DNA of 64,000 nucleotides from Naegleria gruberi (Eukaryota): NCBI GenBank assembly GCA_000004985.1, contig GG738858.1; one strand, 5' to 3'. Shown piece by piece: positions 59,101 to 64,000 of this stretch (position 1 is its first letter; each line of letters starts with the position of its first letter). The notes under the pieces were generated by a model. It saw only the letters and a program-made list of their open reading frames with translations, ran no database searches and was not told where the DNA came from. The position numbers and the translations under genes were made by a program.

Positions 59101-62100
59101 CCAACAGTGTTGGATGCAGTGAATGTGGCAATATTTGAAGAAACAGACAATGATCCCTTACTTGGTTGAGTATCTGCTGAGAAGGACAAGTTATTGACAT
59201 CCAATGGATCAGCATCAGAAGTGTAACTAGTCAAGTTGAAAGCAACACTTTGTCCGAAATGGACTGTACCTGTAATTGCTTGAGCTGTTGGGGCAGTATC
59301 ATAAACAGTCATGGTGAAGACAATGTAACTATTACCACTGCTTGTGTAATATTTCAATGTAAATTGTTCATTACCCAAATAGGATCCAGAAGGTTTATAG
59401 GTAACAGTCTTCAAATCAGAAGAAACACTTACTATACCCCCGTGGTTTGGATCAGATAATGGTGTTTGATCGAGAGTTGTACCAGTCTCTGAAAGCTTAT
59501 CGAGAGGTAAGAATACATATCCAACACTTGAGTATCTGAAATGAACATTGTAGTATTGTTCAGTACTGGATGGAGAAGTTGATGTAATGTTAATCTTCAA
59601 GTAACCAATTGATGTAGTCAATCCATCACTAATGGTATATGGAACAGTGTCAACACCCAATGACTTGACTAAGCTTGGGTCAGGGAAATAGACAATTTTA
59701 CCGTCAGATGGTTGGGCAGCACCACTGCCAAACATGCTTGAAGAACCTACATTCTCAATCTTCAAATATGGAACATCTTGAATGTCAGAATCAGTTGCTA
59801 AAGAAATAACGTCAATAGTGATACCATATTGAATGTTACCACCAGAGTAGGTCAAGGTAAGATTGGCAGCAACTGGAGCATTATTGTAAGAGTTTGTGGT
59901 CAATGTGGCAGAAGATGACTCAAAACCATCTGAGAGAATAACCTTACAAGCATCACTTGATGCAAATGCACTTCTCAAATATTTAACACCCTTGATTCCA
60001 TTTCCTAAATCAACAAGGGAGCAATAAGAGCTGGAACCAGTGTTGAATGAGAGTGAATAATAATCACCATCAGCATCTGTGAGAGTATTGTAAACAGTGT
60101 AAGAAACTCCATTTGTTTGAACAGTTCTCCAATGAGCAGATGTAGATTGATCACTGATAGATGGCTTATTAGTATTGACAATGTTGACTGTAACAGTGGA
60201 AGCTGAGGAGTAGAGAGCTCCATCATATGCCTTGTAAGTGAATGTCTTGGCTCCAAGGGTTGGTGGATTCTTCAATGTATATCTGAGTAAATTATTTACA
60301 ATGCTTAATGATCCTTCACTAACAGATGATGGGTTAGTAACAGTGAGGGCATCATTATCAGCATCAATATCATTAGACAAGACATTAATATCAACGAATG
60401 AAGTATTCCATTGGACAGTAACAGTATCACTATTTGCAACTGGTGCGTTATCAGTACAGTTGACTGTAACAGTGTTGCTTGCGGTTTCAATACCATCAGT
60501 GATTCTGTAAGTGAAAGAGTAAACTCCAATAGAAGCACTTGATTGTTTGTAAACCAACTTGGATGAAACAACAGAGGCAGATCCTTGTGATGGAGCTGAA
60601 ACAATTGGTGTGGTATCAAATGCCAAACTGTCACCATCAGAGTCCGAACATTCACTCAAAATGTCAATGGAAATACCAGAAACACAAGTGGACCACTTGG
60701 ATACAATATTCTTTGAAACTGCTGTTGGAGCGTAATTTTGAATAGTAACAGGATAGGAGGCAGTCTTACTGATCCAACCATCTGTGTAAGAAATGGTCAA
60801 TTGAGAAGCTCCTAACTTGACAGTTTTTGGAAGATTCCAAACAATAACCTTATCAGAATTAATAGTTGGAGTACCATAAGAGCTGTCATATGCAGAAATT
60901 GAGAAAGATACAGAATCACCATCACTATCGGAAATACTTGAAGAAATATCAATAAGAGATTGATTCTTGGTCCAGTGAATACTTGTTGGGAATGGTGTGG
61001 CAATTGGAGCGGAATTTTGTACATCGATATTCCATTTGGCAACACTATTCAATAAGCCATCAGTAAAAGTAACAGTTACAACACATACACCAGTACTTCC
61101 TGCTGCACTAGTGAAAGTAACAGTGGAGGTGGTGTAGGAAACAGAACCACAACTAGAAGTTGAGGCTCCCTTAACAACAACTGTATCTTCAGAGTCAGAA
61201 TCAGTGACGTTGAACCAAGCAATAGCATTCTTAGTATATCCATTGCTTACATCAGTAAAATGTCTTGTTTCAGAGATATCATTTGAAACTGGAGCGTTAT
61301 CATAAACTATAACATTGACAGTGACAATAGAAAAGCTTGAACCATCAGTGATTTGAACCTTGAATGAATCACTTCCCAAGTATCCAGCATTTTGCTTGTA
61401 AATAACGTTTGGAATTGTAGTAGCATCACCATTTGAGATTGTAATACTACCGTGTGCTGGAGCTTGATCTGGAGTGGTAACAATTGACAATGAATCACCA
61501 TCGTTATCAACAGGTTGAGCAATACTGAAAATGTTAATTACAGAACCAGTGGATTGAGTGCTCCAGTGAACAGTCTTTGAGATGGTCTTATCTTGTGGCT
61601 TGTCATTATTTGTAACAGTAATAGAAACAGAAGCAATATTACTTGTTGAAGGACCATCAGTACAAGTGTATGTAAAGTTTTGAACTCCCAAACCAGAAGA
61701 ACTTGGAGTGAAGGAAACAAATGACTTGGATGAATCCAAAACCAAATTACCAGCAAATCCAGAAGAAGTAGTGAATGATTTGATAGCGATTGGATCAGTG
61801 TCAGCATCAACATCATTGGTAAGGAGATTTAATTGCTTGTTGGAAATTCTCCAATGCATTGTATATGAATCGTCATTGGCAACTGGTGCAGTATTAGTAA
61901 CTTCAACATTGACACTACCAACAGTTGATTTACCATAATCAGAAACAACATAAGTGAATGAATCAGTACCAACAAAGTTATTGGCCTCGATAGAAGTATA
62001 GACCAAACCATCAGTTCCATCACCAAGTGTAACACGAGAGACTGAACCCTTAGAACCTTGAGTGAATGAAGCAATATGGAGTGAATCACCATCAGCATCT

Positions 62101-63965
62101 GTACATGATGTTAATACAGGAATGTTAACAGATGATGAACGCCAATGAGTACGAGCAGTGACATCACCAGCAACTGGAGCAGTATTAGAAACAGAAACAG
62201 TTACAGTGGCAGATGAAACAGAAACATCCATACCATCTGTACAAGTGTAAGTGAAGGTATCATTACCAACGAATCCATTACTTGGAACGTAGAGAATGGA
62301 CTTTCCACCTTGATAAATTGAAACAGTAGCACCATTATTGGAAGTATAGGAAACAGAGTTAACAGTGAGAGAATCACCATTGATATCCTTGTCATTATCG
62401 AGAACATTGATAACAACACTTCTATTCCATGAAACAGTTGCTAAATCATCAACTGGAACAGGAGCATCATTGACAACATGAACAGTGACAACAGCCTTAT
62501 TGGAAACTAATTTTTCAACATCAGCAACATCAAATTCGACATAGTCAACATAAACTGAAGACAAAGCAGTATAATTAGCATAATCATTACCAGGTGTGAA
62601 ACTAATAGACAATCCATACGTGCTTTGAGAAAAACTATTATAAGTAATCTTATCACCATTTGGATCATAACTGTTCAAGATTGGATTAATAGAAGAAGTT
62701 AAACCCTTTGAAACTGTAAAGCTTGAAGCAACAGCAACAGGAGCAGTATTAACAACCTTAATAATTACATATCCAGTACGATTGAATGTGCCTTCAGTGC
62801 TTCCATCGGCATTGGTATTAATGACAATGTATGAAGCAACATCTTCACCTGTGAAATCATGAGCTGGTTCATAAAGGGTATTGTTATCGTCTAGTCTGGT
62901 AATTTTACCTCCATTCAAAGTGGTAGCAGAGACAAAATTAAGCTTCAAGACATCACCAGATTGACTGTAATCATTGCTGATAACATCGACAGTGACTTGT
63001 CCATTCTTTTGACAAGTTGCTGTATCATTGACTGGAATAGGAGGAGAAGGAACTACATTGATAGTAATAGTGGCAAGTACAGAATCAACACCATCACTAA
63101 CTTTGACTTTGAAGGATTCAGAGTAGACAACACCTTGCTCTGGAGTGTAAAGAAGAGTATAGGCATTGCTATTAACTTGATAAAAGTCACCACTTGGATA
63201 GTAAACGCTTTTAACAGAAGTAACAACAGACAAGGAGGAAGAACCACGAGTCAATTTGGTAGTTGGAGTCAACGTAACAGTATCCAAGATATCTTCATCA
63301 GAGAAAGTCAAATCAATGAGATTATTCTTTGAATTCTTTGGAACATCAATAGTCAAATCCTTTGCAGAAGGAGGCAAGTTGACTATTTTGATAAAAACAA
63401 ATGAAGAGCTTGTGAGTGCTCCATCTGTAATAGTGTATTCGAAAGCATCACTGGCAGGAGTTGAAATGAATGGCTTTGGAATATATTGCAAGAAAGCACC
63501 TTGAGCACCAACAAGAACAGTACCAGTAGAACCGAGACCAGTAGAACCTGAAACAATTGTAATATTATCACCATTGATATCATAATCGTTTGACAAGACA
63601 CTCAAAGTTGCCATGGTATTCTTATTAACAGTATAGGAATCTGGCTCAGCAGTTGGGGCATCATTTGCAACAATAATCTTGAGAGTAGCTGTTACATTGG
63701 AATAACCATCTGATACAGTATAGTTAAGCTGCTCTTCATTATTAAAGCCATAAGCAGGAGTATAATAAACAAACAATTCATCAAATGAAATGGAACTTCC
63801 CTCAGAAACAGAACCACCCAATGAAGTAATAAAAAGTGTATCTCCATCTACATCAGAAGTCATTCCTCCATTTTCAGTAACAAAGTTGAAAACATCAAAA
63901 TTATTATTCTTTGAATTCTTATTGACTGTATATTGCAAATCAACAACATCTGGAGCACGATTCAA
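53196..63965 (-). CDS. giant extracellular adhesin-like protein (at least 3589 aa; 5' end beyond window): over 25 cadherin-like/Ig-like tandem repeats, IBP-like (DUF3494) domain, vWA domain, C-type lectin-like domain
   Basis: Single uninterrupted minus-strand ORF reaching the window edge, with the stop at 53196-53198. It has reiterated roughly 95-105-aa units with NTAPVA / DxDGD(S/T) / TVxVxV signatures. Embedded non-repeat modules are listed separately. The plus-strand ORFs inside it are antisense artefacts. Confidence 0.85.
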   Translation of the reverse strand: MNRAPDVVDLQYTVNKNSKNNNFDVFNFVTENGGMTSDVDGDTLFITSLGGSVSEGSSISFDELFVYYTPAYGFNNEEQLNYTVSDGYSNVTATLKIIVANDAPTAEPDSYTVNKNTMATLSVLSNDYDINGDNITIVSGSTGLGSTGTVLVGAQGAFLQYIPKPFISTPASDAFEYTITDGALTSSSFVFIKIVNLPPSAKDLTIDVPKNSKNNLIDLTFSDEDILDTVTLTPTTKLTRGSSSLSVVTSVKSVYYPSGDFYQVNSNAYTLLYTPEQGVVYSESFKVKVSDGVDSVLATITINVVPSPPIPVNDTATCQKNGQVTVDVISNDYSQSGDVLKLNFVSATTLNGGKITRLDDNNTLYEPAHDFTGEDVASYIVINTNADGSTEGTFNRTGYVIIKVVNTAPVAVASSFTVSKGLTSSINPILNSYDPNGDKITYNSFSQSTYGLSISFTPGNDYANYTALSSVYVDYVEFDVADVEKLVSNKAVVTVHVVNDAPVPVDDLATVSWNRSVVINVLDNDKDINGDSLTVNSVSYTSNNGATVSIYQGGKSILYVPSNGFVGNDTFTYTCTDGMDVSVSSATVTVSVSNTAPVAGDVTARTHWRSSSVNIPVLTSCTDADGDSLHIASFTQGSKGSVSRVTLGDGTDGLVYTSIEANNFVGTDSFTYVVSDYGKSTVGSVNVEVTNTAPVANDDSYTMHWRISNKQLNLLTNDVDADTDPIAIKSFTTSSGFAGNLVLDSSKSFVSFTPSSSGLGVQNFTYTCTDGPSTSNIASVSITVTNNDKPQDKTISKTVHWSTQSTGSVINIFSIAQPVDNDGDSLSIVTTPDQAPAHGSITISNGDATTIPNVIYKQNAGYLGSDSFKVQITDGSSFSIVTVNVIVYDNAPVSNDISETRHFTDVSNGYTKNAIAWFNVTDSDSEDTVVVKGASTSSCGSVSYTTSTVTFTSAAGSTGVCVVTVTFTDGLLNSVAKWNIDVQNSAPIATPFPTSIHWTKNQSLIDISSSISDSDGDSVSFSISAYDSSYGTPTINSDKVIVWNLPKTVKLGASQLTISYTDGWISKTASYPVTIQNYAPTAVSKNIVSKWSTCVSGISIDILSECSDSDGDSLAFDTTPIVSAPSQGSASVVSSKLVYKQSSASIGVYSFTYRITDGIETASNTVTVNCTDNAPVANSDTVTVQWNTSFVDINVLSNDIDADNDALTVTNPSSVSEGSLSIVNNLLRYTLKNPPTLGAKTFTYKAYDGALYSSASTVTVNIVNTNKPSISDQSTSAHWRTVQTNGVSYTVYNTLTDADGDYYSLSFNTGSSSYCSLVDLGNGIKGVKYLRSAFASSDACKVILSDGFESSSATLTTNSYNNAPVAANLTLTYSGGNIQYGITIDVISLATDSDIQDVPYLKIENVGSSSMFGSGAAQPSDGKIVYFPDPSLVKSLGVDTVPYTISDGLTTSIGYLKINITSTSPSSTEQYYNVHFRYSSVGYVFLPLDKLSETGTTLDQTPLSDPNHGGIVSVSSDLKTVTYKPSGSYLGNEQFTLKYYTSSGNSYIVFTMTVYDTAPTAQAITGTVHFGQSVAFNLTSYTSDADPLDVNNLSFSADTQPSKGSLSVSSNIATFTASNTVGVYTANYRVSDSMKSSTSSISVTVVNNAPTSQTKTISVPWRTFKAGIEIDILNYAPADYDTDGDSLSLVSIASQPSVGSVTVLDSKSVKILGSGNFVGSLSFKYIVTDGASNGQVTTTVNLIVYNTAPVAVPDKLTTHWNVASYTLNVVANDTDAESDPLRVTNVYGSLAPLSPTFTSTNITYYPRTAPSTDTVYYTITDEIATSTSTVTVTVTNTAPTTNSQSFVGSWSSAKNGLTFEVVSASSDANGDSLSLQSCSSSVTAAQGSVTCSGNVKFTPSSGFVGSINPISYIITDGRDTVTGTVSITILNSVPTANTTAAFKYHWRTVLSNTVIDLSSYLKDADGDAVTLTAVTKTLVGVASLGSGNTINYKVNSAYTGTDSVTVSFTDGWSTSSATFSIVIYNNLPVAKDIVVSGHTSSISIPVIGRADSLKPTDADTEDGDYLVISSFTNPSAGTVALSGDKKSFTFTNSNGNSASQFFNYTVTDGMGVSASKGIFVTISNSAPTATPLTFSRHWAKVQSGLSIDLMSGVTDADGDSLTIVSFTQPNTGAVASVNSTFVKYTPVPLTAGFTTSFTYVVTDGFSSVTNTVTITITNTPPVAVDNTFTQHWTNNTLYLKPVLNDYDVDGDYIYINKLYPSSLVSSYNGIGDYIVISKGSTICNNFANLVVPGSVATAGFTAQALKPTGTLSVNNAAYSSVVTSASNLYQYLSQKSCVASLDQNFPSSGVLSFTPGVYCFSQGLNGNGKIELSGSGLFIFVATTNLNANFSWSFKNGASYLNVFWIVGAAGIQGTFYGHVLTYGQLNFNVVNMYGVIMSLGSNSLNLNNVNFGSAQLPTGNTALVLQSDLVTVFYMNTFINGPGTDSFQYTITDQIATSNIATVNLVFTNTAPQATSFSKTIGWKNTLSLTNVVSQYCYDADSDSLSLFGVGQGSYGTTTVSDYTTGSLVYTPSSSISYTTTLSNGTRYVTDSIKFSCYDGAQVATYATMSVVIRNTPPTGSAKTTTIERSYSNPTYTFTDLLTGASDADGDTVTVSSVSMITQNTGASVLLNSDGSVKLTYATTYLGTLQFSFTLTDGQLTSTYTYTVTITGNSFGCLDYTISTTKNSAATQFEDALKTSLTAKVGSEPVTMAITNTATLNGVGSISSSTGKLTYTPASTSSSNSDCYASYSLTNTAGQTAICKIIIAQPNQAPTLNAYTYVYSISRASNNYISFDYISLSSSKDADTADTLVLKSIADVGTCNSTVLQSLTIASNQVKFLRVATFLGSCNFVLAVSDSDARNPITKNVQVGISALASPPVAVNDFVSTQFNTYIDISVSSLLSNDYDSLGGTFTFTGISCPSGDSSYCTSGTPAILNPADPANNRIIRVYPVTGSCNTQKFVYSIQSDQDGTSASAVVSVQYTKCQCGLNLDIIFVIDGSGSITADNFVNMKNFASNLTTGFGSNISPTGTNIGIIQFASTITTHLDLKSGTSQSSVLTAIKNMAQIQSGTNSISGINTAVNMMLASGRKSISQKLLIHITDGLSNDPCSCGSCRSTYSSNPGNYGVSPSYCKSPRFPGADCTVCSWYDDRSRCNPCSDATVRSVDINSWSIGGSNNAEMSLYGSVWNWRQLAIGIGSAVTDSYGQIQVQKMNYDQNNLVLVNWNDLSNIYQTIIDNSCNIVDTSKTNVLVPLASSGYSVKYLGKTSSTATFLNASSPVTVFTYNISVATGSPALTRFTLELQAGYNQDAFHDYSPSFPVYIGADQITGLTGFTYLSLPSSYTIAPGSYKIYTLKIAGDIPEGIIKFGLAGGSQYSQGTITGPSGIITAPSTLPPKVNMVDYPWYRKMSCSTSLGRCYYFTKLQNYYAVESMSSLCKYFHPNASLVQIQSATEKTFLANNLLPKNETNAFFLGTKGHEISQGSFTTWSDGSTIVYKDWYSSYYPASGDSITYAYFMGSYPTYGWWATTTPDGGIYGLVCYVPIGLVN
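53199..53612 (-). other. C-type lectin-like domain (C-terminus of giant protein)
   Basis: CSTSLGRCYYFTKLQNYYAVESMSSLCKYFHPNASLVQIQSATEKTFL...WSDGSTIVYKDW...GLVCY has the CTLD Cys framework and WxDG-type motifs. Confidence 0.6.
54519..54887 (-). other. von Willebrand factor type A (vWA) domain within giant protein
   Basis: DIIFVIDGSGSITADNFVNMKNFASNLTTGF...IGIIQFAS...KLLIHITDGLSND contains the MIDAS motif DxSxS and the typical beta-alpha-beta pattern. Confidence 0.7.
56529..57167 (-). other. ice-binding-protein-like (DUF3494/IBP_1) beta-helical domain embedded in giant protein
   Basis: ...FTPGVYCFSQGLNGNGKIELSGSGLFIFVATTNLNANF...ASYLNVFWIVGAAGIQGTFYGHVLTYGQLNFNVVNMYGVIMSLGSNSLNL parallels the Typhula/Leucosporidium IBP motifs LTPGLYKWTS...TDTWIFQIDGTLSLAAG...AKNIIWVVAGAVSIEAGAQFEGVILAKTAVTLKTGSSLNGRIL. 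Confidence 0.65.
57168..63965 (-). repeat. coding tandem array of about 22 cadherin-like/Ig-like repeats (about 300 nt each, divergent)
   Basis: A periodic recurrence of ...V(T/N)V(T/N)NxAP(V/T)A...D(A/S)DGD... is seen throughout the translated minus-strand ORF. About 5 further units lie between the IBP-like and vWA modules. Confidence 0.7.
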
Positions 63966-64000
63966 AACTTGGACATGGATTTTTGCTGTGGCAACAGTCC

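Noticed and set aside
53210-63601. Numerous 60-120-aa ORFs on the plus strand (and other minus frames) within the giant gene, e.g. 56598..56912, 58131..58328, 60238..60510, 62961..63332
   Set aside because: They are antisense or off-frame to a continuous 10.8-kb ORF with strong domain content. Their products are L/I/H-rich nonsense typical of reverse reads of T/S/V-rich coding sequence.
1-64000. Prokaryotic-style systems (CRISPR arrays, operons, prophage, defence islands)
   Set aside because: The window is clearly eukaryotic: there are spliceosomal introns with GTAAGT donors, poly-Q/N proteins, a eukaryote-type tRNA, and orthologues of U2AF35, SCYL, PYROXD2 and METTL16. No CRISPR-like spaced repeats were seen.

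Overview
This window is eukaryotic nuclear DNA and looks like an amoebozoan or dictyostelid genome. Intergenic regions are AT-rich, proteins carry poly-Q/N/S tracts, and introns are very short (39-170 nt) with GTAAGT-type donors and AG acceptors. It is gene-dense, with about 30 protein-coding genes on both strands and one tRNA-Phe(GAA); there are no prokaryotic features such as CRISPR arrays, operons or prophage. I reconstructed multi-exon models by hand for the SCY1-like pseudokinase, a P4-type phospholipid flippase, PYROXD2, METTL16, U2AF35, a CLC chloride channel, an MRH-domain membrane protein, an MFS transporter, a coiled-coil protein and a 3-exon hypothetical gene. The most unusual content is as follows. 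(1) A giant intronless minus-strand ORF of at least 3589 aa, truncated at the window edge, encodes an extracellular adhesin-like protein with more than 25 cadherin-like tandem repeats, an embedded ice-binding-protein-like (DUF3494) beta-helix domain, a vWA domain and a C-terminal C-type lectin domain. (2) An intronless gene encodes tandem ricin-B-like beta-trefoil repeats fused to an aerolysin/Toxin_10-like putative pore-forming C-terminal module. (3) A family of F-box-like RNI-type LRR proteins with acidic NEEEEY tails has three paralogs, one disrupted by a near-perfect 361-bp tandem duplication. (4) Three intronless paralogs in an 8.5-kb stretch share a novel N-terminal motif, PKRLRKQLxxxEFKQFYFEL. 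(5) One gene fuses an F-box to a divergent Ras-superfamily GTPase. Coordinates of splice sites were derived by eye and checked for frame consistency against the ORF track; errors of +/-1-3 nt are possible.
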